A stretch of 55,062 bases of DNA, from positions 1 to 55,062 of the forward strand of contig JAFUFH010000090.1 of NCBI GenBank assembly GCA_017470005.1, in the 5' to 3' direction. Below are positions 8,306-16,851 of this stretch, one piece after another; positions within the stretch are counted from its first letter, which is position 1; the number at the start of each line of letters is the position of its first letter. Under the pieces are notes generated by a model that was not told the origin of the DNA, did no database searches, and worked only from the letters and a program-made list of their open reading frames with translations. The DNA comes from Bacilli bacterium. Its GTDB lineage: Bacteria; Bacillota_I; Bacilli_A; RFN20; CAG-288. Both the position numbers and the translations under genes were made by a program.

Positions 8306-9586
8306 TTATTTGGATAAGGCTAAGTATTCTAAGGCGTTAGTGGAAGTGGCGGTGGTGAATTTCTTGGATCCACTAAATTTCTTGGCTTCAAGATATTCGG
8401 CACCAGTTTCATAATATTTGGTTCCAACGACTTCTTGAGAACCGGTTTCAGGATCATATTTGATATCTTTATCGGCGCTCTTTTCTTTCATTTCAGGAGT
8501 CCAGTTGGCGGTATCCACATAGTAAGAAGAGTCATAGGCCATAACAATTCTTGTAGGTTCAGATAAAGTGTAATAAACCGTATCTTCATCTAAATCGTCT
8601 ACTTCAGAAGTGAAAGTTCCGTAATACTTGGTCAAATAGTTATCTCTTTCATTGGCGGTAGCATCATTTCCTTCATCAGGAAGGATGACGGCAGAGAAGC
8701 AAGAAGAGGAGATGGTTAAACAATAAGTGTTATCGTTGAAAACCTTTAAATCTTGATAGGCGAAAGTGGTGAGATAGTAGTTATAAGTAGGTCTCATGTT
8801 GGAATAAGACATCTTGGCGGGAGAGAGGAATTCATTGGAGAGATTCTTGTCGATATCGGTCTTCTTGGTGGCGGGAGCATTGGCGACAGGTTTGTTATCT
8901 TTGGAGAAGACATCTAAGAATTCTAAGGCAGAGTTCTTCTTCGCGGTGGTCAAAGTGACAGGAGCAAACTTCTTAGCTTCAAGATATTCGGCACCAGTTT
9001 CATAATATTTGGTTCCAACAACTTCTTGAGAACCAGTTTCAGGATCATATTTGATATCTTTATCGGCGCTCTTTTCTCTCATAGCGGGAGTCCAGTTGTC
9101 GGTATCGACCGCATAAGCGGAATCATAAGCCATGACGATACGAGAAGGTTCAGATAAAGTGAAATAGACCGTATCCTCGTCTAATTCGTCGACTTCAGAG
9201 ACAAAGGCACCATAATATCTAGTGATATAATTATCTCTTTCATTAGCGGTAGCATCGTTTCCTTCAGCAGGAAGGATGACAGCAGAGAAACAAGTGGAAG
9301 AGATGGTTAAACAATAGGTGTTGTCAGAATAAGTTTCTAAGGTTTCGAAAGTGAAAGTGGTGAGATAGTAGTTATAAGTAGGTCTCATATTGGAATAAGA
9401 CATCTTAGCGGGGGAAATGTAGTTTCCAGTTAACGTGGCTTCTTTTCCTTCCCCGGAAGTAGTATCTTCCTGAGTCGTGGTATTAGGAAGAGTGGTTTCT
9501 CCAGCGGTAGTAGGATTAGAGGTTCCACAGCCAACTAAAGCGATGGAGGCTAGTGCTAAAACGGAAGTAACAAATAGCTTTTTCAT
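8306..9586 (-). CDS. Lipoprotein with two tandem ~170-aa repeated domains of unknown function
   Basis: Lipobox LVGC; Thr-rich linker; SPAKMSYSNMRPTYNYYLTTF...KYYETGAEYLEAKKF occurs twice, with a 591-nt period. Confidence 0.9.
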   Translation of the reverse strand: MKKLFVTSVLALASIALVGCGTSNPTTAGETTLPNTTTQEDTTSGEGKEATLTGNYISPAKMSYSNMRPTYNYYLTTFTFETLETYSDNTYCLTISSTCFSAVILPAEGNDATANERDNYITRYYGAFVSEVDELDEDTVYFTLSEPSRIVMAYDSAYAVDTDNWTPAMREKSADKDIKYDPETGSQEVVGTKYYETGAEYLEAKKFAPVTLTTAKKNSALEFLDVFSKDNKPVANAPATKKTDIDKNLSNEFLSPAKMSYSNMRPTYNYYLTTFAYQDLKVFNDNTYCLTISSSCFSAVILPDEGNDATANERDNYLTKYYGTFTSEVDDLDEDTVYYTLSEPTRIVMAYDSSYYVDTANWTPEMKEKSADKDIKYDPETGSQEVVGTKYYETGAEYLEAKKFSGSKKFTTATSTNALEYLALSK

Positions 9587-9644
9587 GATATAAATCTCCT
9601 TTTATTTGCTTATTAGAGCCCCTACGGCTTCTAATCTAGTTAAG

Positions 9645-9712
9645 AGTTTATAAGACATAGGGGCTAGAATTTCTTCAACGGCGAAAATTGACGTTTTGAA
9701 GTCAAAAATTGT
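9645..9712 (-). promoter_or_regulatory. LytTR-type direct-repeat pair plus -10 box (site A)
   Basis: Plus-strand CGAAAATTGA 9682-9691 and CAAAAATTGT 9703-9712; minus-strand -10 TAAACT at 9645-9650, 31 nt away. Confidence 0.8.
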
Positions 9713-9719
9713 TAAAAAG

Positions 9720-12206
9720 TTACTGAACGGTGATGGTGTGAGTACCGTTACTGAGGTGTAACGCTCTCTCTTCTAAGGCGACAGATTCTCCATCGAGAGT
9801 GACTTGATTTCCAAAGGAAGGATCAAGGAGGAGTCTTCCTCCATCGTTAGGACAAGTGACTTGGATGGTGGTCTTTTCTTCTTTTGTTTCTAAAGTAAAG
9901 GAGAGAAGACCATCGGGAGTGGTTGCAGAAGCTTGATAGGAAGAGGAGACTCCGTAAGCGGGTTTGATCTGATAACTTTGGTATCCTGCACTCAAAGGTT
10001 GAATGCCAGCAAAGTATTTGCTCATGACCACTAATGGACCACCCGCCCATCCGTGATTGATGGTTCCAGAATCCGGAGCGGGATCCCACTCTTCCCAGAG
10101 AGTAGAAGCTTCGTATTCAATCATTCCTTTATAACGGGTGAGCATTCTCTGTTTTGCTTCAGTGAAACGATTCATCTTGGCTAAGGCTTCATCCACAAAT
10201 CTTTCCATATAAGGGGATGCGTAAGCCGTATTGACCAAAAGGGAAGTGACTAAGTCATAATCCTTTTCCTTCACAAGACCAGAGAGAACAGCAAGGGCGT
10301 TTCCTCTATCATCATAGGGACGTCTTATTCCATCACTAGTCACAGATGCAAAACCATTTTCGGTTCTATAGATGCTATCAAAGACAGATTGGATGGAGTT
10401 TCTTCTCTGTTCAAAGAGGGTTTTATCTTCGTCTTTCAATTCTCCAACTTCTTTTCCAAGAAGCAGGACTCTCTCTAATGCCCAGTAATACCAGCACTGT
10501 TCCATCAAATCCGAATCGGTATTGTTTCCCCAGTCGACCCAGGGGAATGTACCATTTCGATATTGAACAGTTCCATTTTTATTCATATTCCATAATTTGA
10601 GATAGTTTACATAAATGGGAAGAATGAGCTTCATGGTCTCTTTATCCCCGGTGTGGAGGTAGTAATCATAAGTGGTGATGATACAAGCTAAGTTTTGCAT
10701 CGGGATCTCGTTGGTAGTCTTACTTGGCCAACGGGAAGGAATGACATCCTTCATATCCCCTTCATCTGTGACCCAACCAAGAAGAGAAGTGTAAGTCTTT
10801 TTGGCTAAGGCCCAACCATCGCTATCTAAGGCATAAAGAGTTTCTGCAATTTGGTTAGCGGCATCTCCGGTGTAGGGAGAACGTTCTCTTTCTGGGCAAT
10901 CCATGTAGTTATCTCTCATGCAGATGCGAAGAGTATTGGATGCTTTTTTCCAAAGAGTATCTAAATCTTTGTTATCGGATTGATACTGTCCGGTTTGAAG
11001 AGCGTTGTATCTTGTTTTTCTATAGCCAACTTTGGTGATAGTGATACCCGCAGGGACTTCCATGATGAATTGATAACCGGTTCTATAATAGAGTTGTTGA
11101 TATTCTTGTTTTCCTTCTATGGTGACATAATCGTCCATGAAGGAAGTGGTTCCTTGTGTGGTTTTGGTGTTGGTGTAGAAGGTGATCACTTTTCCTTTTT
11201 CATCTGCTTCTAATTCGAAGTAAGGAAGGAATTGTTGATTCTCATCTAAGGCAAAGGTAAGAATGCTATCGCTGGTGGTTTTCTTTCCTAAGACCGAGTG
11301 TATATCTTCCATGTCTGTCACTTCTTCATCAAAAGCAAAGGGAGGAATTTCACAATAATAAGTGTCACCGAAAGGAAGATTTCCAGGAAGGCAAAGTAAG
11401 CTAGCATCATCCCAGGTGGAATCATCTAAGCTTTCATCGGTGAAATCTTCTTTGAAGGAAGCGTCAAAATAGATATCTCTTTCGGCTAAGAAAGAAGAGG
11501 TGGGGTGATTGGGATATTTCTCCTTGAGGTTAGATTTGTTTCGATAGGCAGCGATTCTTTTGACTTTGGTTTTGGAATCGGAGACGATATGTTCCTCTCC
11601 TAAAGATAAGTCATAAAGAAGACCACCTTGGAAATTCTCTTCATCTTTTTTTGCAGCGATAGAAGAGTTTCCACTTTGTCCCCAGAAGACGACTTCAAAG
11701 ACAATCAGGTTTTCGCCTTGCTTCAAATGAGACGTGACATCAAAATTGGAATAATAAGAGTCATGTTCACTCATACCTCTTTTGATGTTTCCATCTACGA
11801 CAACTAATTTACCGTTGATCCAAACGGTGACTTTATCTGCCGCAGATAAAGAAAGAATCGCTTTAGAAGGAATTTGATTGACCTGGAATTTTCTGCGGAA
11901 AGCAAAATAGGAATCGGCGGGAGTTTTGCTATACCAAATCCATTTAGCTCCATTCCAAGCAGGAGCTTCTTTCTTTAATGAGGATAATTTGGATAGGTAA
12001 GGCAAATGAGAAGTGTCTTCTTTTCCTTCTGGATAAAGATATTCTTCGACTTCTTCCTCGGGGGTAGTAATGCTTTCTTGACTTTCTTCTGTTGAGGTAG
12101 TCGTGGTGGTAGCAGGAGTAGTTTGGCTAGGAGAAGTGATGGCACTTTCCCCACAAGAAGTAAGGAAGGTTAAACTGATCAAGGATAACAAGATTTTCTT
12201 TTTCAT
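9720..12206 (-). CDS. GH78 alpha-L-rhamnosidase lipoprotein
   Basis: Lipobox LTSC; YMDCPERERSPYTGD, TLWEEW and NHGWAGGP motifs. Confidence 0.9.
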   Translation of the reverse strand: MKKKILLSLISLTFLTSCGESAITSPSQTTPATTTTTSTEESQESITTPEEEVEEYLYPEGKEDTSHLPYLSKLSSLKKEAPAWNGAKWIWYSKTPADSYFAFRRKFQVNQIPSKAILSLSAADKVTVWINGKLVVVDGNIKRGMSEHDSYYSNFDVTSHLKQGENLIVFEVVFWGQSGNSSIAAKKDEENFQGGLLYDLSLGEEHIVSDSKTKVKRIAAYRNKSNLKEKYPNHPTSSFLAERDIYFDASFKEDFTDESLDDSTWDDASLLCLPGNLPFGDTYYCEIPPFAFDEEVTDMEDIHSVLGKKTTSDSILTFALDENQQFLPYFELEADEKGKVITFYTNTKTTQGTTSFMDDYVTIEGKQEYQQLYYRTGYQFIMEVPAGITITKVGYRKTRYNALQTGQYQSDNKDLDTLWKKASNTLRICMRDNYMDCPERERSPYTGDAANQIAETLYALDSDGWALAKKTYTSLLGWVTDEGDMKDVIPSRWPSKTTNEIPMQNLACIITTYDYYLHTGDKETMKLILPIYVNYLKLWNMNKNGTVQYRNGTFPWVDWGNNTDSDLMEQCWYYWALERVLLLGKEVGELKDEDKTLFEQRRNSIQSVFDSIYRTENGFASVTSDGIRRPYDDRGNALAVLSGLVKEKDYDLVTSLLVNTAYASPYMERFVDEALAKMNRFTEAKQRMLTRYKGMIEYEASTLWEEWDPAPDSGTINHGWAGGPLVVMSKYFAGIQPLSAGYQSYQIKPAYGVSSSYQASATTPDGLLSFTLETKEEKTTIQVTCPNDGGRLLLDPSFGNQVTLDGESVALEERALHLSNGTHTITVQ

Positions 12207-12232
12207 ATTAAAAGTTCCTTTTTTGTGATAAT

Positions 12233-12300
12233 ATTTTATTTAGGGAAAACACAAACATTTGTTTAAGAACAAAAATTGTATTTATAAAAGCAAAAATTGA
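12233..12300 (-). promoter_or_regulatory. LytTR-type direct-repeat pair plus -10 box (site B)
   Basis: CAAAAATTGT 12270-12279 and CAAAAATTGA 12291-12300; minus-strand -10 TAAAAT at 12233-12238, 31 nt away. Confidence 0.85.
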
Positions 12301-12320
12301 TATATAAAGATTGAAAAAGC

Positions 12321-13034
12321 ATGGAATTGGTTAAAATTGTCATCCTGGAAGATGAAAAAGAACACTCGGACAAGTTGATTTCTTTCCTGAATCAGTATTC
12401 TCAAGAGACAGGAAAGGTTTCTTTTGATATCCGTCTTTATGAAGCTCCATTGGAATTCATGGAGACCTTCCGTTATGATGCCGATATCATCTTTTTAGAT
12501 ATTCAAATGCCAGGAATGACCGGAATGGATGTCGCCCATGAAATTCGTAAGCAAGACCAGGATGTTACACTCATCTTCATCACGGCTTTAACCCAATATG
12601 CTGTGGAAGGATATTCCGTGCAAGCTGAAGACTATATCTTAAAACCAATTTCTTACCCTGAATTCAAAATGAAAATGGTAAGATCCCTTTCTAGAATCGT
12701 CTTGAAAGGTGGCAAATATCTCACCTTTATCAACAATGAGACCATTCAAAAGGTGTCTTTAGATAGCATCACTTATATCGAGACAGATATGCATCGTCTT
12801 CTTTTCCATGACAACGAAGGCTTTTGCTTTGTCAAACATCAATCCATGAAAGAATGTGAAGAAGAATTAAAAGGAACCGATTTCCTTAGAATCAATTCTT
12901 CCTATTTAGTGAATTTAAGATATGCTGTCAATATCAGCAACGGGGACATGCTTCTCAACGATGGTACCAGACTCAAGATTTCTCGACCGAGAATGTCTGA
13001 AGTTTGCTCTGAATTTGCTCAATTTAAGAAATAG
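12321..13034 (+). CDS. LytTR-family response regulator
   Basis: REC domain (LEDE, FLDIQMP, ILKP) plus LytTR domain (ITYIET, FLRINSSYLVNL). Confidence 0.95.
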   Translation: MELVKIVILEDEKEHSDKLISFLNQYSQETGKVSFDIRLYEAPLEFMETFRYDADIIFLDIQMPGMTGMDVAHEIRKQDQDVTLIFITALTQYAVEGYSVQAEDYILKPISYPEFKMKMVRSLSRIVLKGGKYLTFINNETIQKVSLDSITYIETDMHRLLFHDNEGFCFVKHQSMKECEEELKGTDFLRINSSYLVNLRYAVNISNGDMLLNDGTRLKISRPRMSEVCSEFAQFKK

Positions 13035-13037
13035 TAT

Positions 13038-14393
13038 ATGACAATCATTTATTTTTTGCGTACATGGGGTGCAATCACTAGCTTTTATACCATGCTCTAT
13101 GAATGGGAAATCATTCAGCATTTGGTATGTATTTTCCTTTTTAATTGGCATCTTCCAAAACGCAAATATACATGGCTTTATTGTACCATCGGAACTGTTT
13201 TGATGCTCGGGTGGGGCTTTTTGCTTGGATTTTTAAGAGATTTGTGGCCCGATTCCAATCTTTTTAAAATCTTCGCTACTCTTTCTTTATATAGTTTCTC
13301 GTTATTTATCACCTTCTTCTGCTATAACGAAAAACATTGGTCCCACGTATTCTTAAGCTGGATTACCGCATTGTGTGTAAGGGAAGTGATTGATGCAGGT
13401 TATGCTCTAATTTGTATGTCTACAGGACAAAACCCACGTCTTGGTATCATTCAGTTTATCGATAATGATATCTTCAATCTAGTGATGTATGATCTCATGC
13501 ATATCGTCTTTGCTATCGCTTTGTATTTCTTGTTGAGAAAACGTATTCATTTGGTGGAAGATCGCTCCATTTCTTTGCGTATCATCATCATTTCATTAAC
13601 GATGTTATTTGCGCTGGTTTTAATCAAAACATTTGTTGTGATCAATTCGGAATCGGCAATACCTTTGTACGGGTGTTGTGAAGCATTAATCTTACTTGTT
13701 TCTGCCCTTCTTTTATTTGTAAGAGCGGACATTTTAAGAGAATCTTCCTTCAAAGTGGAACAAAGAATCATGGATCAAGTTTTAGCCGAAAACAAAAAAC
13801 AATATCAGTCTTTGAAGACCAATATTGATATTGTGAATATGAAAGCTCACGACTTAAAACATCAGTTAGAAAAATACCAAGATAAACTGACCCAAGAAGA
13901 AGTGGAATCCTTAAGAAATGCGGTAGATGTTTATGACAAAGATATCCGTACTGGATCTCCTGTCTTAGATACCGTTCTATATGTCGAGCACCTTGTTTGT
14001 GACAAACATCAGATTCAATTCACCTATCTATGTGATGGGCATCAGTTAGAGAACTTCTCCTCTAGTCAGCTCTATTATCTCTTCTCGAATATCATTGATA
14101 ATGCTATCGATGCTTGCAAGGATGTGCCTGTGGAAAATAGAATCATTTCTTTCAATATTCGACAAAAAGATAATCAAATTGTCATTGATTCTTGTAATTA
14201 TTTTGAGGGATCTAGAAATATTCAAGATGGTGTGATGGAGACGACAAAGAAGAATAAAGCCCATCATGGATATGGATTAAAATCTATCAAGATGATTGTG
14301 GAACAAAACAAAGGTAGTATGAATATTCATACCGAAAATAATATGTTCTTTATGGTAATCAACCTACCGATACCCGAAAAGAAAACGATTTAA
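13038..14393 (+). CDS. Multi-TM GHKL histidine kinase (AgrC/HATPase_c_5-like)
   Basis: About 7 TM segments; H-box AHDLKH, N-box NIIDNAIDA, G-box HGYGLKSI. Confidence 0.92.
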   Translation: MTIIYFLRTWGAITSFYTMLYEWEIIQHLVCIFLFNWHLPKRKYTWLYCTIGTVLMLGWGFLLGFLRDLWPDSNLFKIFATLSLYSFSLFITFFCYNEKHWSHVFLSWITALCVREVIDAGYALICMSTGQNPRLGIIQFIDNDIFNLVMYDLMHIVFAIALYFLLRKRIHLVEDRSISLRIIIISLTMLFALVLIKTFVVINSESAIPLYGCCEALILLVSALLLFVRADILRESSFKVEQRIMDQVLAENKKQYQSLKTNIDIVNMKAHDLKHQLEKYQDKLTQEEVESLRNAVDVYDKDIRTGSPVLDTVLYVEHLVCDKHQIQFTYLCDGHQLENFSSSQLYYLFSNIIDNAIDACKDVPVENRIISFNIRQKDNQIVIDSCNYFEGSRNIQDGVMETTKKNKAHHGYGLKSIKMIVEQNKGSMNIHTENNMFFMVINLPIPEKKTI

Positions 14394-15274
14394 TGATTGT
14401 TTTGATGAGAGTGGAATAGTTTCTGCTCTCTTTTATATTGGCTGATGAAATCAAAGCTTACACAAAGAGATTCGATGGGGTTTTTATGTAAGTAATGTTT
14501 GTGTTGTTCTAAAATGACCGCCTCGACTTCATTCTCTTGATCTTGCTTTAAGAAGGCGAGGAGGTTTAAATTTCCTGTTCCTAGTTCCACCGCTTCATTG
14601 GAAATGATGGGTGTCATGAATTTTTTGTGACTTAAATTTCCGTGATCACAGATGTGATGAAGTTTTTGTCTTTTTCCTAATTTCTTCATGTAGAAAAGAG
14701 CATCCACCCCAGAGATAGAGGGCCAATAGCTATCAAATTCAAAAGAAACATAGTCGGGATCGGTGTTTTCGATGATGAAGTCATAGGCTAATCTATCGGG
14801 AGTAACATGAACAAATTCTACATTATGATTGTGATATAAGAACGTAAGGCCGTGCTCAGATAAGTTCTTTCCTATCTTGTTGAGACGTTCCGCAAGAGCG
14901 AGCACTTCTTTCTTAGAACTATACTCAAATTGATATAAGCCAGTTAAAACAATGTTGTGTGTTTGAAATAAGGTTGCTTCTTTCACCACATCGTCAAGTC
15001 TTTTTTCTAAGGTGTCGATATCTTCGTGAATCGAAAAGACTTTCAAGGAGACTTGATCTAATAACTCTTTCCAATTCATCTTGCCAGAATTCTTGATGGG
15101 CATCCCACTCATGGAAGTTAAAAATTTGACAATCCAGGGGCTTTTTCGAATCATGAAACCATTCAATTCGATGCCATCATATCCAGAAGCTTGGATGATT
15201 TTTAACGCATTGAGTGCATTCTTTTTATTGCTAAGGACTTTCCCTAATTGTAATTGTTGAACACCAAATTCCAT
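14390..15274 (-). CDS. Sugar phosphate isomerase/epimerase-like TIM barrel (AP_endonuc_2)
   Basis: GYDGIEL, YHNHNVEF, FEFDSYW, HICD and ILEQ metal-binding motifs. Confidence 0.88.
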   Translation of the reverse strand: MEFGVQQLQLGKVLSNKKNALNALKIIQASGYDGIELNGFMIRKSPWIVKFLTSMSGMPIKNSGKMNWKELLDQVSLKVFSIHEDIDTLEKRLDDVVKEATLFQTHNIVLTGLYQFEYSSKKEVLALAERLNKIGKNLSEHGLTFLYHNHNVEFVHVTPDRLAYDFIIENTDPDYVSFEFDSYWPSISGVDALFYMKKLGKRQKLHHICDHGNLSHKKFMTPIISNEAVELGTGNLNLLAFLKQDQENEVEAVILEQHKHYLHKNPIESLCVSFDFISQYKREQKLFHSHQNNH

Positions 15275-15307
15275 AAGCTGCCTCCCTCTAAGTCTTTATT
15301 TGACAAC

Positions 15308-15375
15308 ATTATAAAAGGAAAAAAGGAATGTTTTTTTCTTTCGTCAATTTCTGTCTTTTTACAATCAAAAATTGA
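15308..15375 (-). promoter_or_regulatory. LytTR-type direct-repeat pair plus -10 box (site C)
   Basis: CAATTTCTGT 15345-15354 and CAAAAATTGA 15366-15375; minus-strand -10 TATAAT at 15308-15313, 31 nt away. Confidence 0.75.
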
Positions 15376-15434
15376 TGAAGAAAACCCGTCTGCTTTTGCA
15401 AACGGGTTTAGAAAAGGTTTATGAATGAAGCTTA

Positions 15435-16766
15435 TTATCTAGCCATGGTAGCAGTGTGTTCAACACTGTTGGCATCAACATATTTGAAGGAGTAGTTGTT
15501 GAAGGACCAAGTTCCGGTTTCAGTTAATTTATAGGAAGTGAAGTAGAATTTATAAGTACCATCCTTTAAGCAATCAAAGGTGCAAGAGGCATTTTCACCT
15601 TCTTTCACTTCTTGAGCAAAGCTGAATAGGACGTCAGTATCGCCTTCAACAGGTTGATAATTTAAGGCACTAGCGGTGCTCCAAACAGCAGCGGAGCAAA
15701 CAAATCTAGCCTTCAATTGAGCAGAGGCGACAGCAACATAATCGAAGTAAAGAGTGCCTTGAGAGTAGGAAGGGCCTTCTTGTTCACCACCAGATTCTTT
15801 GCCGATCAAGTTAGAGACATCTTCGCAGTAGAAGTTGTATCTAGCAACATAATCACCATAGACAGCTTCTTCCCAAGCGATGGTAGCGGATTTGTTTTCG
15901 GCGATAACAGCTTCACGAGGAGTTCCACCGATGACAACAGTCAACTTTTCCTCTTTGTAAGACCAAGAGATTTCACCCTTAGGATAGTAACCAATCAAAG
16001 CGCCATTTTTATCTAATCTTGCACCATAATCGGAACCAGTGTTATCGGCGAAGAGATAGAGCTTTTCTTTGGTTTCAGTATCTTCAAAGATAGCAGCGTA
16101 TTCTTCAGGTTCAACGAATTTATAGCTGGTTTCTTGGATGAATTCATCTAAAGTTTCATAAGGATCAGCATTGTATTCTAATTTGACAGAACGGCCAGAG
16201 ATACCGATCGGAATGGTGAAATTAGAGATATTTAAGGGAGTTTCATCATCAGAAGCAAAGTTGATGAGGTAAGTGTTCTTACCAGTGATGGGTTGACCAG
16301 TTTGTCCCTTGACACCATCAACGATGTTGACAACGGCTTTGATGCATTCATTATCGTCATCATCAGTAGCGAGGCCCCAGACACCATCAAACCATTTGGT
16401 AAGGTTTTTGTTTTCTTCCGCAGCGGAAGTATCTAAGGAATATATAGAATATCCGTATCCGTCTAACTTACCATCGGCATAAAGATTCAAGATATAAGAG
16501 TAGGCGAAACCGAAGTTGGCCATTTCGGTGTTGACACCAGTCCACTGATATTGAAGAGTGTGTTCTTTTTGTTCTTCTTCAGAATTGGTGGTGTTTTCTC
16601 CCGCAGTAGTGTTAGGGGTGTTTTCTCCCGAAGTAGTGTTAGGGGTGGTCTGTTGAGCAGTAGTTTCTGTGGGATTGGTGTTGCTAGCGGGAGTTTCACC
16701 GCAGGAAGCCATACCGAAAACGGAGATAGTAGAGAGTGCCAATAAGGCTAATCTTTTTAATTTCAT
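15435..16766 (-). CDS. Uncharacterised lipoprotein
   Basis: Signal peptide ending MASC; Thr/Asn-rich linker; acidic, aromatic-rich body; SD AGGAGG. Confidence 0.88.
   Translation of the reverse strand: MKLKRLALLALSTISVFGMASCGETPASNTNPTETTAQQTTPNTTSGENTPNTTAGENTTNSEEEQKEHTLQYQWTGVNTEMANFGFAYSYILNLYADGKLDGYGYSIYSLDTSAAEENKNLTKWFDGVWGLATDDDDNECIKAVVNIVDGVKGQTGQPITGKNTYLINFASDDETPLNISNFTIPIGISGRSVKLEYNADPYETLDEFIQETSYKFVEPEEYAAIFEDTETKEKLYLFADNTGSDYGARLDKNGALIGYYPKGEISWSYKEEKLTVVIGGTPREAVIAENKSATIAWEEAVYGDYVARYNFYCEDVSNLIGKESGGEQEGPSYSQGTLYFDYVAVASAQLKARFVCSAAVWSTASALNYQPVEGDTDVLFSFAQEVKEGENASCTFDCLKDGTYKFYFTSYKLTETGTWSFNNYSFKYVDANSVEHTATMAR
16591..16647. repeat. 27-bp tandem duplication in the lipoprotein linker
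   Basis: GTGTTTTCTCCCG(C/A)AGTAGTGTTAGGG twice, encoding PNTT(S/A)GENT twice. Confidence 0.85.
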
Positions 16767-16851
16767 CTTTTTATCCTCCTTTAAAATTTGATGTAAGATG
16801 ATCGCTCTCTTTTTTGAAAGGAGAGAGCGAGAACCTTAGGAAAAAACAGAA

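Noticed and set aside
8306-9586. Repeats as a DGR template/variable pair or CRISPR array
   Set aside because: In-frame domain duplication with mostly synonymous differences; no reverse transcriptase, spacers or cas genes
12321-14393. Possible agr-like quorum-sensing or bacteriocin system
   Set aside because: No agrB/agrD, double-glycine peptide or peptide exporter nearby; the operators point to glycosidase genes
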